From: Halorutilales archaeon Cl-col2-1
GTDB taxonomy: Archaea; Halobacteriota; Halobacteria; Halobacteriales; Afararchaeaceae
Reading direction: 5' to 3'
DNA: 64,000 bases
Assembly (NCBI GenBank): GCA_041891055.1
Contig: CP169074.1
Span: 1,568,001 to 1,632,000, forward strand
Below, one piece after another: positions 1 through 10,892 of this stretch. The translations under genes were made by a program, and so were the position numbers. The notes under the pieces are model-generated. The model had not been told where the DNA came from, did no database searches, and saw nothing but the letters and a program-made list of their open reading frames with translations. Every line of letters starts with the position of its first letter. Positions within the stretch are counted from its first letter, which is position 1.

Positions 1-80
1 TCCTCGACCTCCTGTTTCTTCCACTCGGGGACTTCCTCGGTGAGTGCTTCTGACTGTGTCTCTGTCTCTGTTGTTGACAT
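1..80 (-). CDS. rplP0: 50S ribosomal protein uL10/P0, N-terminal fragment (runs off window)
   Basis: Manual translation from ATG at 80: MSTTETETQSEALTEEVPEWKKQEVE (PEWK..EV motif); directly downstream of rpl1. Confidence 0.85.
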   Translation of the reverse strand, partial: MSTTETETQSEALTEEVPEWKKQEVE

Positions 81-81
81 T

Positions 82-717
82 TTATACCTCCACTTCTACG
101 GCGGGTCCCATAGTCGTCTTCACGAAGATGCGGTCTATGTTGAGTGGACCCTTTTCGAGTTCGGCTGTGAGTCTACGCATTACCGCGTTTATGTTGTCGG
201 CTATCGCGTCGGCGGACATCTCCTCCGTCCCGACTGCGGTGTGGAAGGTTCTCCTGTCACCCGAACGCAGAGAGACGGTTCCCTTGAGACGCTGAACCTC
301 CTCGGCTACGTCGTCGTCGGGGGCAAGAGGTGTCGGCATCTTACCTCGGGGTCCTAAGACCGTACCGAGGTAACGTCCGACGTCCTCCATGAACTCTGTC
401 TCTGCGACGAAGAAGTCGGTCTCGTCGGCGAGATCCTTCGCGGCGTCCTGATCGTCTCCAAGATCCTCTATGTCGTCGGGGCTCAGGACATCGTCGGCGA
501 CGTCCTCAGCCTGGAGTGCCGTCTCTCCGTCGGCTATCACGGCAACCTTTGTGTCACGCCCCGTGCCCTCGGGGAGGACGACCTCCTCATCTATCCTCTT
601 ATCGGGCTGACTCAGGTCGAGATCCCTGAGATTTATAGCCATATCGACGCTCTCGACGAAGTTCCTCTCGGGAGCCTCGTCGAGTGCCTCCGAGACTGAC
701 TCCTCTATGCTAGCCAT
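82..717 (-). CDS. rpl1: 50S ribosomal protein uL1
   Basis: [35 protein letters not shown] motifs. Confidence 0.97.
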   Translation of the reverse strand: MASIEESVSEALDEAPERNFVESVDMAINLRDLDLSQPDKRIDEEVVLPEGTGRDTKVAVIADGETALQAEDVADDVLSPDDIEDLGDDQDAAKDLADETDFFVAETEFMEDVGRYLGTVLGPRGKMPTPLAPDDDVAEEVQRLKGTVSLRSGDRRTFHTAVGTEEMSADAIADNINAVMRRLTAELEKGPLNIDRIFVKTTMGPAVEVEV

Positions 718-779
718 TAGGAGTCACCTCCGAGCGTGTGCGGTACTCTCGTGTCTGTGTGTTCTGTCTGTGTCTTCAT
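717..779 (-). CDS. Putative 20-aa upstream ORF coupled to rpl1 ([20 protein letters not shown])
   Basis: GGAGGT SD at 791-786, ATG at 779, TAA stop overlapping the rpl1 ATG (TAATG). Confidence 0.4.
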   Translation of the reverse strand: MKTQTEHTDTRVPHTLGGDS

Positions 780-785
780 CTAGAT

Positions 786-815
786 ACCTCCGTAGTACGG
801 CGTAAGCCTTCTACG
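786..815 (-). promoter_or_regulatory. Probable uL1 autoregulatory mRNA leader structure
   Basis: CGTAG-AAGGC-TTAC-GCC-GTA-CTACG stem/internal loop/stem followed by GGAGGT, upstream of rpl1; resembles L1-binding mRNA mimics. Confidence 0.6.
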
Positions 816-930
816 AAGCCGTGGTACTGCCCGCAGAACGGGGTAGCCACTGCTTTTGTGGATAGAAGCCTCTGAGTAACAAAAAGCCACCGAAACCGGC
901 TTAGGTCTCCCCACAATCTTCCTACATAGA

Positions 931-1851
931 ATGGATCTCAACGTCAACTCTCTTGAGATGGTAGACGACGCGGTCGAGTACGCCGACAGTCTCTCGGTCG
1001 ACGTACACGACTACTCGAACGGTGCGCGAGTCCTCGACTTCGGGGTCGATGCCGCGGGGGGTATAGAGGCGGGTCTCTACTACGCCGACATCTCGTCGGC
1101 TGGTCTCTTATCCGTGGACGTATCGGTCGACCGACTCGACGGCGTGGGTGCACCTCTCGAATACGTCGAAGTCTGGACTGACAGTCCCGAGACAGCATTA
1201 CTGACCTCACAGCACGCAGGATGGCACATAGACTACGAGGGCTACAGGGCGTTGGGGAGCGGACCCGCGAGTGCACTTGTCGAGGATGGGGCTGAAGCCG
1301 ACGAGGAGTTCGCGGTCGTCTGCTTGGAGTCGTCGACATTACCCGGTCCTAAGGTACTCGACTATATCGCCGACGAATGCGGTGTATCCACCAACTCTGT
1401 CTTCGGAGTCGTGGCTCCGGCTACGAGCACGGCGGGTGTCGTACAGACTGCTTCGAGATCCGCCGAGGTCACCCTCCTACGTCTCGAATCCCTCGGCTAC
1501 GATGTCTCGAAGGTCGAGACTGTCTCAGGGAGATCGCCTGTCGCACCTGTTGTCTCCGACGAGACAGAGGCTGTCGGTGTAACCAACGACGGTATAATCT
1601 ACGGCAGCGAGGTTCATCTCCGTGTAGCCGACGACTCGGACGTCTTCTCCGACCTTGCCTCGTCGTCGAGTCCCGACTACGGTGACCCCTTCGTCGACGT
1701 GTTTGACGAGGCGGGTAGCTTCGACGAGATAGACGACGCCGTCTTTGCACCTGCGTCTGTGACTGTCGACGTCATAGGCGGAAGAACCGTGACCGCCGGA
1801 GGGACAAACCCCGAGGTTCTCGTCGAGTCCTTCGGTATCGGATCGTCATAG
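931..1851 (+). CDS. mch: Methenyltetrahydromethanopterin cyclohydrolase homologue
   Basis: NGARVLDFGV..GGIEAG, SQHAGW, LGSGPA, TNDGIIYG, FAPA motifs. Confidence 0.88.
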   Translation: MDLNVNSLEMVDDAVEYADSLSVDVHDYSNGARVLDFGVDAAGGIEAGLYYADISSAGLLSVDVSVDRLDGVGAPLEYVEVWTDSPETALLTSQHAGWHIDYEGYRALGSGPASALVEDGAEADEEFAVVCLESSTLPGPKVLDYIADECGVSTNSVFGVVAPATSTAGVVQTASRSAEVTLLRLESLGYDVSKVETVSGRSPVAPVVSDETEAVGVTNDGIIYGSEVHLRVADDSDVFSDLASSSSPDYGDPFVDVFDEAGSFDEIDDAVFAPASVTVDVIGGRTVTAGGTNPEVLVESFGIGSS

Positions 1852-1899
1852 ACACACGTACCAGCATGATTTTTATTCTCTCCCAACTAAGAGACCTCA

Positions 1900-3363
1900 A
1901 TGCGTTCGCGACTCTCATCTCAGATTAAGCTCGACGACGACTTCCTCGAAAAAGCCGAGGACTCCGCCTCCTTCATACGTTCGCGTTCGTCCGACGACCT
2001 CCTCCTCATCTCACACATAGATGCCGACGGACTCACGAGTGCGGGGATATCCTCGCTCGCACTCGACCGCGCCGGAATAGAACACGAGACGTGGTTCTCG
2101 AAGCAGTTAGACGAGAACGATCTCCGCGAGATTGAGAACGCCGGATTCTCGACGGTTATCTTCACCGACTTCGGGAGCGGACTCACTGACGAGATACGTG
2201 AGTCCGACTTCGACTCCGTAGTCGCCGACCACCACCAGCCACAGACAGAGATGGAGACGGAAGACGGAGATCTCGATTACCATCTCAATCCTCTTCTCTT
2301 CGGAATAGACGGCTCATCGGAGATATCGGGGGCAGGTACGTCCTACGTCCTCGCGCGCGCACTCATAGGTGAAGACGCCAAGGATCTCGCGGCTCTCGCT
2401 GCTGTCGGCGCAGTCGGAGACATGCAGGACTCGAAGTCGGGACGTCTCACAGGGGCTAACCGTGAGATAGTAAAAGAAGGCGTCGAGGCGGGTGTCTTAG
2501 AGGAGAGGACTGACTTACTTCTCTTCGGTAGACAGACGCGCGACTTACCGAGGCTCTTCGAGTACTCGACCGATGTCTACCTACCCGGTGTCACCAACTC
2601 ACGTTCGGGCGCAGTCGACTTCTTGGAGGAGACGGGAGTACGTCTCAGACGAGCCAACGGCGACTGGCGGAGGTGGGCTGACTTCTCCGACGACGAGAGA
2701 CAGCAGGTCACCAACTCTCTGATGGAACACTGTATCACGAACGGCGTCGACTCCGACGAGATCGACCGCCTCGTGGGCGAGACATACGTACTCACCCAGG
2801 AGGAGCCCGGTACTGAGGTGAGGGATGCCACCGAGTTCTCGACACTCCTCAACTCGACAGCGAGGTACAGGGAGGCGGAGACCGGACTCGCTGTCTGTAA
2901 GGGCGACAGGGACGAGGCTTACTCGCGCGCACACGAGCTTCTCAAGAACCACAGACGTAACCTTAAGAACGGCGTCGACTTCGTCGACTCGAACGGTGTG
3001 ACTAAGCTCGAAAACCTCCAGTACTTCGACGCGAGGAGCGAGATACGTGACACGATAGTTGGCATCATCGCGGGAATGAGCTACTCACTCGGGAGTGTGA
3101 GCCGGAGCATGCCGATTGTCGCGTTCGCCGACTCCGAGGAGGACAGGCTCGACGCCGAAGACGAGACGAAAGTCAGCGCGCGTGGGACACAGAGTCTCGT
3201 AAGAAAGGGTCTCGACCTCTCAGACGTGATGTCGTCGTGTGCCTCCGAGGTCGACGGAGGGGGAGGGGGGCACGACATAGCTGCGGGCGCGACGATACCC
3301 ACTGACGAACTCGACAGATTCGTGCATAAAGCCGATGCCATGATAGGCGAACAGCTTTCTTAG
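1900..3363 (+). CDS. DHH/DHHA1 phosphoesterase (RecJ-like exonuclease)
   Basis: HIDADG, FTDFGSG, DHH, GAVGD, SARG, GGGGHDIAAGA motifs. Confidence 0.9.
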   Translation: MRSRLSSQIKLDDDFLEKAEDSASFIRSRSSDDLLLISHIDADGLTSAGISSLALDRAGIEHETWFSKQLDENDLREIENAGFSTVIFTDFGSGLTDEIRESDFDSVVADHHQPQTEMETEDGDLDYHLNPLLFGIDGSSEISGAGTSYVLARALIGEDAKDLAALAAVGAVGDMQDSKSGRLTGANREIVKEGVEAGVLEERTDLLLFGRQTRDLPRLFEYSTDVYLPGVTNSRSGAVDFLEETGVRLRRANGDWRRWADFSDDERQQVTNSLMEHCITNGVDSDEIDRLVGETYVLTQEEPGTEVRDATEFSTLLNSTARYREAETGLAVCKGDRDEAYSRAHELLKNHRRNLKNGVDFVDSNGVTKLENLQYFDARSEIRDTIVGIIAGMSYSLGSVSRSMPIVAFADSEEDRLDAEDETKVSARGTQSLVRKGLDLSDVMSSCASEVDGGGGGHDIAAGATIPTDELDRFVHKADAMIGEQLS

Positions 3364-3369
3364 CTTAGC

Positions 3370-3912
3370 TTAGAGCTTCTCGTCGATCGACTCGACTGCC
3401 TTACGCGTCCTCCTTATCTCTTCGAGTATCTGTCTCGTCATCTCGTCCCCGGTATCCGAGTCCTCCGACTCCTGGGTACGCCGGCTGATCTCCTTGTTGA
3501 TAAGCTCCTGTACCTCCTTCGGTTCTGCTATGCTCTTGAACCTCATCTCCACCCCCGATCCTCCCGCGGTGCTGATCTCGACGTTTCCGTATCCGAAGTA
3601 GTTGCCGAGGGCTCCCTGACTGAAGGAGATGTTCTGTACCTTGTCGAAGCCTATCTTCTGAACCTCCCTCGACAAAGTCCCCGTCTTCTTGTAGAGACCG
3701 TCGGTCGTAACGACGTAGTCGGTGTTCTTGACGTGGAGATATGCCCCGGCTATGACTACGAGACCCAGACCTACGAGAGGTATTAGAATCACACCGAGTA
3801 CTACTGCGGGAGCTATACTCTTGATACGCGGCTCCCCCGACCAGATGACCTCCTCGTCGTCGTCGAGTGAGAGCCAGTCGAAGCCCGTCTGGTTCTGACT
3901 TTCCGTCTCCAT
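3370..3912 (-). CDS. Membrane-anchored bacterial-type PH-domain protein
   Basis: Two TM helices then YVVT..LY.KTG..S / KVQNISFSQG..G.YFGYGNVEISTAG. Confidence 0.8.
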   Translation of the reverse strand: METESQNQTGFDWLSLDDDEEVIWSGEPRIKSIAPAVVLGVILIPLVGLGLVVIAGAYLHVKNTDYVVTTDGLYKKTGTLSREVQKIGFDKVQNISFSQGALGNYFGYGNVEISTAGGSGVEMRFKSIAEPKEVQELINKEISRRTQESEDSDTGDEMTRQILEEIRRTRKAVESIDEKL

Positions 3913-3983
3913 GCTGGAGGATAGAAAGCCTCTCAACCAAGTATCTGCCGAAGACTTTCGTGTTAGTACGAGTCTTATACGGT

Positions 3984-4193
3984 ATGCCGAAGCTAGTCTA
4001 CGAAACGCCCAACGGGGCGAAGGTCTACCAAGGTGACAGAGACGACATACATTACGACGAGCGCAGGAGATGCTGGAAGATATCCGCGGGCGACGAGAAA
4101 GGCGTCGTGAGGTACATACCGTCGGAGAAAGTCTATTACTACGAGGGACACAAGGAGGCGACTAACGTCGTAAAGCTCGAAGAAGGCCCTTGA
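3984..4193 (+). CDS. Small hypothetical protein (69 aa)
   Basis: ATG at 3984, host-like codon usage, fills the intergenic space before tRNA-Ile. Confidence 0.65.
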   Translation: MPKLVYETPNGAKVYQGDRDDIHYDERRRCWKISAGDEKGVVRYIPSEKVYYYEGHKEATNVVKLEEGP

Positions 4194-4252
4194 TTTGGTT
4201 GACTGACGATGAATACAGTTACAGTTGAGTCCCGAACTATGAGAAAAACACA

Positions 4253-4327
4253 TGGGTCCAGACGGATTTGAACCGTCGACCACTCGGTTATGAGCCGAGC
4301 GCTCTAACCGGACTGAGCTATGGACCC
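4253..4327 (-). tRNA. tRNA-Ile2 (CAT)
   Basis: Cloverleaf GGGTCCA...TGGACCCA; anticodon arm CTCGG-CTCATAA-CCGAG; GGG start and no intron favour Ile2 over Met. Confidence 0.85.
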
Positions 4328-4440
4328 TCCGTCGTGGATATAGATTGAGACTGTCTTTTCTAAAACCTTTCTAATCTAACCGTCGGACTGTGCGAGGTGC
4401 GAACTAGGCGTAGTAGACGTAGGAGATGCGTCGACCGGGA

Positions 4441-5919
4441 TCACGCCTCCGATCCAAACATCTTCCTCATCATCGGATGCATCTCCATGAGCTGTTCCTC
4501 CGCTATCTCCTCGTAGAGCTTGTGGGTGATCGAGACCGTGAGGAGGAGTCCGGTTCCGGTGACGCCTCCTATGGTTCCGAGCATGTTCGCCATGAGGGCG
4601 AGGAGTCCGAGTAGAGCACCGCCTATGACGGTGACCTGTGGTATGTAACGTTCCATGACCTTCTCTATGACTCCCGCATTACGCCGGAATCCGGGTATCT
4701 CCATCCCCGAGTTCTGTATCTTCTTTGCGACTGCGTCGGGACCCATGTCAGCTGTCTCGACCCAGAATATCGCGAAGATAGCTCCCCCTCCTATGAGGAC
4801 TACCATGTCTATGCCTATACGTATGAATACCTTCCAGGCTGCTTGAGTGGGCCCACCGGGGAGCCACCACATCCAGTCGGTCGGAGCCTGTATCGGTGTG
4901 AGATAGTACATCAGACCCGAGGTGGGCTGTGTCGACCCCGACGGATAGACTGCGAACCAGTTGGGCCGGAATCCCTGCTGGTAGAGGACGCGCCCCAACA
5001 TCTGTAAGTTCGCTTGAACCGCGCGTACGAATATGAGTGGGAGGACGCTCGCGTATATTAGCTTAACGGGGTACTGTCCTCGCGCACCCTTGACGCGGGA
5101 GTGTGACAGTGGAATCTCTATTCTCACCGACTCGGCGTAGAGGACTATTGCGAATATTATCGCCGTCGTGAGCACGAAGAGTATCTGCCCTCCGTTTATG
5201 AGGAGGAACTGGAGACCGCGTGTGCTCGTGAGTGCGAAGCCGAGGTCAGCCTGTCCCGTGAATATATGGTACCATCTGAATATGATACCCGTCGGGAGAC
5301 CGTCCTGACCGAGATGCCAGTCGAATACTCCTCCTATCAACTGCTGGGATATTCCTGCTATAATGAAGAGCCCGACACCGCTTCCGACTCCCCATTTCGA
5401 GATAATCTCGTCGAAGAAGAGTATGAGTATACCTCCTACGACGACCTGAACGAATATTATTCCCGAGAGCACAGGGGCGGGTATCCCGAGCGACGTAGCT
5501 ATCTGCTGGCTAGGCTGGAGGAAACCACCGAATACCATGGGTATCGCCGTGATTATCGACATCACGACTACGAGGAACTTCTGTGTCCCCTGGTAGAGTG
5601 CCTGTCCCCTCGGTGTCTCGGTGTCGATGGGCATGAGGTCGGCGCCGCTGAGTAGCTGGAGGACGATGCTCGCGGTGACTATGGGACCGATTCCGAGATG
5701 TAGTATCGAGCCCTGTGCTCCCGCGAGTATCGATCTGAACTGTCCAAACAGGTCGCTACTACTCGACACGCCGAATAAAGTGACGTTCGTCAGAGCGAAG
5801 TAGAGAACGAGGACGCCGAACGTCCAGTAGAGCTTGTTCTTGAAAGGAACGTGACGGTCGGGTCCGTCGACGCTCGGCATCCTGAGTAGGATCGGTTCGA
5901 ATGCGTCTGTTACTCCCAT
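4441..5919 (-). CDS. secY: Preprotein translocase subunit SecY
   Basis: GSILHLGIGPIVTASI, DEIISKWGVGSG, YPVKLIYASVLP, IPGFRR. Confidence 0.98.
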   Translation of the reverse strand: MGVTDAFEPILLRMPSVDGPDRHVPFKNKLYWTFGVLVLYFALTNVTLFGVSSSSDLFGQFRSILAGAQGSILHLGIGPIVTASIVLQLLSGADLMPIDTETPRGQALYQGTQKFLVVVMSIITAIPMVFGGFLQPSQQIATSLGIPAPVLSGIIFVQVVVGGILILFFDEIISKWGVGSGVGLFIIAGISQQLIGGVFDWHLGQDGLPTGIIFRWYHIFTGQADLGFALTSTRGLQFLLINGGQILFVLTTAIIFAIVLYAESVRIEIPLSHSRVKGARGQYPVKLIYASVLPLIFVRAVQANLQMLGRVLYQQGFRPNWFAVYPSGSTQPTSGLMYYLTPIQAPTDWMWWLPGGPTQAAWKVFIRIGIDMVVLIGGGAIFAIFWVETADMGPDAVAKKIQNSGMEIPGFRRNAGVIEKVMERYIPQVTVIGGALLGLLALMANMLGTIGGVTGTGLLLTVSITHKLYEEIAEEQLMEMHPMMRKMFGSEA

Positions 5920-5947
5920 CTTTTAGGTTATGTTTTCAGTCTCCGCC

Positions 5948-6406
5948 TTAGTTCTTGTTTTCTTCGCTGTCTTCGTCTTCTTCCGACTCGCCCGTCTCTA
6001 TGACCTCACCGCCGGCTTCCTCTATCTTCTCTACGGCGGAGTCGGAGAAGTCGTCGGCACGGACGACGAGCGTGTTACGTACCTGTCCGCCGCCGAGTAT
6101 CTTGTCGACGCCAATCTCGTCGGCGTCTACCTCGTAGCCGTCGTCTGTCTCCTCGACGACTCCCTCGTCGACGAGTTCGTAGACCTTCTGGTCTATCTCG
6201 CCTATGTCGGCTGTCGCGACCTCTTCCTGAACCTTCTGGGGTCGCTGGAAGCCGTGCTTACCGAGGTCGGGGTGGCTGAACTTCTCGTGTTTGTCACGTC
6301 CAGCGTCTCCTCTTCCTCCTCTGTTTCCTCCTCCACGTCGGTTCTTCTGAGTTCCTCCGCCGTGTGTTCTCGATCCGCGTCCGCGTTTCTTAGAGTCTCT
6401 AGACAT
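5948..6406 (-). CDS. rpl15: 50S ribosomal protein uL15
   Basis: RGSRTHGGG..KNRRGGGNRGGRG; operon position. Confidence 0.97.
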   Translation of the reverse strand: MSRDSKKRGRGSRTHGGGTQKNRRGGGNRGGRGDAGRDKHEKFSHPDLGKHGFQRPQKVQEEVATADIGEIDQKVYELVDEGVVEETDDGYEVDADEIGVDKILGGGQVRNTLVVRADDFSDSAVEKIEEAGGEVIETGESEEDEDSEENKN

Positions 6407-6407
6407 C

Positions 6408-6910
6408 TTATCTCATCCTCCTGAGTAGGTCGTCTATCTCGTTTCCGTGGTCTCCGAGGACGCCACCCTGCTTGTAGCTCTTCTTTATTCCGGAGTGTCC
6501 ACCTCTCGGGGGATGGAGCCTGAGACGTGTCCTCAGACCCGCCTCCTTGAGGTCGGTGTCTCCTTCTACGACTGCCTCGGCGAAGTCGCCTACCGACGAG
6601 TACTCGGTGTTCTCGTCTATGTAGCCGTCAGTAACCGAGTCTCCGTCCTCGGTCTCGCCTCTAGTCTCGACTAGCTCGGCGACAGTCTCGGCGCTCGGGG
6701 TACCGTATGCGACGTAGTCGTTGACCTTGTGGAGCATCCCCTCGACAGACCCCGTCGCTGGTCTGATGGTACAGCTGTTTACGTCTCCTAGGCTGAGCAT
6801 GTCGAGTGTGTCTCTCACACTCGAGCTCATGTTGACCTCGCCACGTACCTGTACGACTGCGTAACAGCCGATCTCTTCTTGCTCGGATTCTGATTCTGCT
6901 TCTGCGCTCA

Positions 6911-6911
<1 letters not shown>
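6408..6911 (-). CDS. rpl30: 50S ribosomal protein uL30
   Basis: AVVQVRG, GMLHKVNDYVAYG, RLHPPRGG. Confidence 0.96.
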
Positions 6912-7554
<643 letters not shown>

Positions 7555-7558
<4 letters not shown>

Positions 7559-8106
7559 GCTTCTTCCTCCAGTGTTTCAAGTACCTGATCGAAATGTTCG
7601 GGGAGCTCGTCGGAGTCTATGCCGATGTCGTCGGAAGTGTACTCCACCCCGTCGTACTCGGCGATGTGCTCTCCTCTGACACGTTCCCACGACGGAACGA
7701 CGTCGTCTCCGTGGGGGACTTCGAGTCCTGCGTCGGAGGCTCCCATTACCGCTGCAAAGACCCTGTTACCGGGCGTCACGGGGTTGAGACCTATGTCGGC
7801 GACAGCCTCGTCGAATCCCTCGTCGAGACCTCTGACTCCCGCGAGGAAGCCCGCGAGGTACGCCGCCGGGAGGTTGCCCGTAGGCGCTTCCCAGCCGTAC
7901 TCCGCGAGGTCTGATGTATCAGCCTTCGCCTCGGTGTAGTCTCCGTCGGCTCCCGCCGTGACTATCTGTACCGTAGTGTGCTTGTTGCTCTTCCTTACGA
8001 CTAGACGTGGCTTTCCGCTCTTGAGGAGACGTAGGCGTTGCTGGTAATCCGTCTTACCCTCGCGCCTGCGTCTCATCGGAACCTTGTAGTTGGGTTTTGT
8101 TGCCAT
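7555..8106 (-). CDS. rpl18: 50S ribosomal protein uL18
   Basis: [24 protein letters not shown]. Confidence 0.98.
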
Positions 8107-8107
8107 A

Positions 8108-8548
8108 TTAATCCATCTCCTCTACGTAGTTTCTGAGATAACGTACACTTCTGAACTCTCCACCGTTTGCCATCTTGTAGAGCTCACGGTACTCGGACGG
8201 CGTTATCTCGTCGTTCTCGCGCATTTCCTTCAGAGCCTTCCTCTGTGCACGTATCTTCGACTCCCACTCGTCCTTCTCGGGGTTACGTGCGCCCTGCTTT
8301 CCGCTGCGCTTACCCTGTCCTTTCTTGTGACCGTACTCTCTCTTTTCGTCTCTCTCACGCGCGCGTCCACGTGAGACTCCCTTCTTCTCCTTCGCCTTTA
8401 TACTACCTTCATCTATGAGCTCTCTGACGTCCTCGCGTGTAATCGCTTCGGCAATCTCCGACTGTGCGTCGGGATCGAGCCAGACTCGGTTCTTACCGCA
8501 TCCGAGTATGTCGGAAGCGAGACGTTTCTGTGTCTTTAGGTCGCTCAT
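8108..8548 (-). CDS. rpl19e: 50S ribosomal protein eL19
   Basis: [20 protein letters not shown]. Confidence 0.98.
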   Translation of the reverse strand: MSDLKTQKRLASDILGCGKNRVWLDPDAQSEIAEAITREDVRELIDEGSIKAKEKKGVSRGRARERDEKREYGHKKGQGKRSGKQGARNPEKDEWESKIRAQRKALKEMRENDEITPSEYRELYKMANGGEFRSVRYLRNYVEEMD

Positions 8549-9231
8549 TCTTCAGCCTCCTGTATGTACGTGGGGTTGAGAACACGTATCTCGTTCTCGA
8601 CCGCCTTCTCCTCTATTCTCTCTCTCTTTCTGCCACCTACAGAGCCTCCTATACGTACTGCCTGGGTCGAGGGGTCGACTCCTTCGAGATCCTCGGGACG
8701 TTCGACACGTACTTCCTCGAACCCGCTCGGATGGAGGTCTCTGACCTCCTTGGGCGATCGGAAGCCGACTCCTGCTGTCTTTCCTTTGCCCTTGACTCCT
8801 CTTCTCTGCTTCGAGAGTCCGCCCTTGGGTCTCCTCCAAGACGACGGGTTTCTCTTCATCTTGTGGTGATCCTGCCTGTTGAAGTCGGGCTTGCTCGCCT
8901 TCTGCCTCTTCTTCACGTTGAGGAGCCTCTTCTCCTCGTCTTCGAGGTCGGGGGTCTTGTCGGAGAGTTCGCTTGCGGTTATACGTTCTCCCGCCTCGGC
9001 TTCCTCTGCTTCTTCCTCTATCTCCTCTACGGCTTCTTCCTCGACTTCGAGGCTTCCGACGTCTGCTTTTATACGTGCGGCGAGCGCCTTACCTATCTCG
9101 TCTATCTCGGAGAGGTCTTCCTGTGACGCTCTCCTGACGTCGTCTACGGTCTCGTATCCCGCTTCTCTCAGAGCGTCAGCCTTCGACTCTCCGACTCCGT
9201 CTATCTCCGTAAGTTCGTCTGCGTCTGACAT
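8545..9231 (-). CDS. rpl32e: 50S ribosomal protein eL32 with N-terminal HhH extension (haloarchaeal form)
   Basis: IDGVGESKA HhH; [15 protein letters not shown]; LHPSGFEEV. Confidence 0.96.
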   Translation of the reverse strand: MSDADELTEIDGVGESKADALREAGYETVDDVRRASQEDLSEIDEIGKALAARIKADVGSLEVEEEAVEEIEEEAEEAEAGERITASELSDKTPDLEDEEKRLLNVKKRQKASKPDFNRQDHHKMKRNPSSWRRPKGGLSKQRRGVKGKGKTAGVGFRSPKEVRDLHPSGFEEVRVERPEDLEGVDPSTQAVRIGGSVGGRKRERIEEKAVENEIRVLNPTYIQEAEE

Positions 9232-9232
9232 C

Positions 9233-9769
9233 TTATACGACCTCCTTTCCTGCCTTCTCTGTTATGTAGACGCCGTCCTGGAACGCACGGACGTCCTTGT
9301 CGTTTATACGTGTCTGCTGTTCTATGTTCGCCGCTGTCTGTCCGACAGCTTCCTTGTCGGGTCCTGTCAGAGTGATCTCCTCGTCCTGAACCTCGACCTG
9401 TGTATCGCCGAGTATCTCGGCTTCCCTCGGGTGCTTCTCGCCGAGGAAGTTACGTATCTCGACTACGTCGCCCTTGACCTCGACCTGCATCGGGAAATGG
9501 CTGTAGAGTACCTTCATCTTGTACTCGAAGCCATCTGTGACTCCCTTAATGTCGTTCTCGATCTCGCTCTCGAAAGACCCGACAGTTGCGAGGGGCTTAC
9601 GTCTGTCTTTATCTGTGCTCACGACTACGTCGCCGTCTTCGACCTCGACGTCAACGTCGGGGTACGAGTAGGTTCTCTCGACGGTGCCGTTGGGACCGCT
9701 CACCGTCAGTCTGTCGAGGTCTTTCTCAACGTCGACTTCGTCCGGAACTTCTATGACTACTTCTTTCAT
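9233..9769 (-). CDS. rpl6: 50S ribosomal protein uL6
   Basis: [20 protein letters not shown]; SD AGGTGA before ATG at 9769. Confidence 0.97.
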   Translation of the reverse strand: MKEVVIEVPDEVDVEKDLDRLTVSGPNGTVERTYSYPDVDVEVEDGDVVVSTDKDRRKPLATVGSFESEIENDIKGVTDGFEYKMKVLYSHFPMQVEVKGDVVEIRNFLGEKHPREAEILGDTQVEVQDEEITLTGPDKEAVGQTAANIEQQTRINDKDVRAFQDGVYITEKAGKEVV

Positions 9770-9781
9770 TCTTGTCACCTC

Positions 9782-10174
9782 TTAGTATACGTAAGCGAGG
9801 AGCTGTCCTCCGACGCCTTCCTCACGAGCCTCGTAATGGCTCATGACACCGTGGCTCGTTGTGACTATCAGAGAGCCGTAGTCCCTACCGGGGAGGTAAC
9901 GTTTCTCCCATTTCTCGTACTCGTCCTTCGAGACTGTGTACTTCGGCTTGACAGCTCCACATTCGTTTATTCCACCGCTCAGCTCTACGTCGAACTTGCC
10001 TGCCTTACCGTCGTCAACGAACTCGAAGCTCTCTATGAATCCCTGGTCGTGGAGAACTCCGAGGACGTTGCCTATGCTGTTCGAAGCGGGCTCTATCGTG
10101 CACTCTAGCTTACCGACCTTCTCGGCGTTCTGTATTGCCGAGAGCGCGTCCGCAAGCGGATCTGACATCGTCAT
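9782..10174 (-). CDS. rps8: 30S ribosomal protein uS8
   Basis: [25 protein letters not shown]. Confidence 0.98.
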   Translation of the reverse strand: MTMSDPLADALSAIQNAEKVGKLECTIEPASNSIGNVLGVLHDQGFIESFEFVDDGKAGKFDVELSGGINECGAVKPKYTVSKDEYEKWEKRYLPGRDYGSLIVTTSHGVMSHYEAREEGVGGQLLAYVY

Positions 10175-10185
10175 TTTATCACCAT

Positions 10186-10371
10186 TTAGTTGTACTTCTT
10201 CGCGCCCATGTCGCGCGCGACCTCACGGAAGCACTGTCTGCAGAGGTAGATATTGTACCTCGACACGAGACCTTCCTTACGTCCACATCTCTGACACTCG
10301 TGGGTATTCCCGGTCTCCGCAGTCTCTTCTGTTTCTGTGGCTTCCGTGTCGGCTTCTTCTGTTTCGCTCAT
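10186..10371 (-). CDS. rps14: 30S ribosomal protein uS14
   Basis: CQRCG...LCRQCFRE zinc finger. Confidence 0.96.
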   Translation of the reverse strand: MSETEEADTEATETEETAETGNTHECQRCGRKEGLVSRYNIYLCRQCFREVARDMGAKKYN

Positions 10372-10892
10372 TCTATGCTCACCTCGAACTCGTCCTCTAT
10401 GAACGTCGTGGCGTCTTCCCTGTTGAGACGCTGCTTCTCGGGTATCTTACGTGACTGCTTCCTCCGCTTCTCAACACGCTTGCCCTTCCTCTCCATCGTC
10501 ACAGTCACGTCCATCCCGAATATTCCTATGTCGGGGTCGTACTCCATCTCCTCGAACTGAGTATGCTCCTCGATGCCGAACGAGAAGTTACCGAACTCGT
10601 CGAACTGGTTCGAGTCGAGCGAGCCGGCTATGCCGAGTGCTTCTTCGAGGAACTCCTTAGCGTCGTCGCCTCGGAGAGTCGTCTTGACGCCGATGGGGTC
10701 GCCTTGACGTATCCCGAACGACGGGATGCTCTGTTTCGCGTTCGTCCTCACGGTCTGCTGTCCCGTGATCTCCTCGACTATCTCCTCGGCGTTCCTGAGT
10801 TCGACACCTCCCTCTCCTATCGACATATTGACGACGACCTTCTCTATCTTCGGCTTCCTCATCTCGTGTATCTCTTCGAGACTTCCTGTCAT
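10368..10892 (-). CDS. rpl5: 50S ribosomal protein uL5
   Basis: [35 protein letters not shown]. Confidence 0.98.
   Translation of the reverse strand: MTGSLEEIHEMRKPKIEKVVVNMSIGEGGVELRNAEEIVEEITGQQTVRTNAKQSIPSFGIRQGDPIGVKTTLRGDDAKEFLEEALGIAGSLDSNQFDEFGNFSFGIEEHTQFEEMEYDPDIGIFGMDVTVTMERKGKRVEKRRKQSRKIPEKQRLNREDATTFIEDEFEVSIE

Noticed and set aside
931-1851. mch as evidence of methanogenesis
   Set aside because: Orphan Mch homologues are common in haloarchaea, and no other C1-pathway genes are in the window.
4253-4327. Calling the CAT tRNA as tRNA-Met
   Set aside because: Lacks the initiator A1-U72 and GGG/CCC anticodon stem, and lacks the intron typical of haloarchaeal elongator tRNA-Met; Ile2 fits better.
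8879-10108. Long + strand ORF (409 aa) and many similar shadow ORFs, e.g. 45913-46926 and 53954-54418
   Set aside because: Antisense to well-identified genes; Ser/Arg/Leu-rich by-products of GC-rich acidic codon usage.
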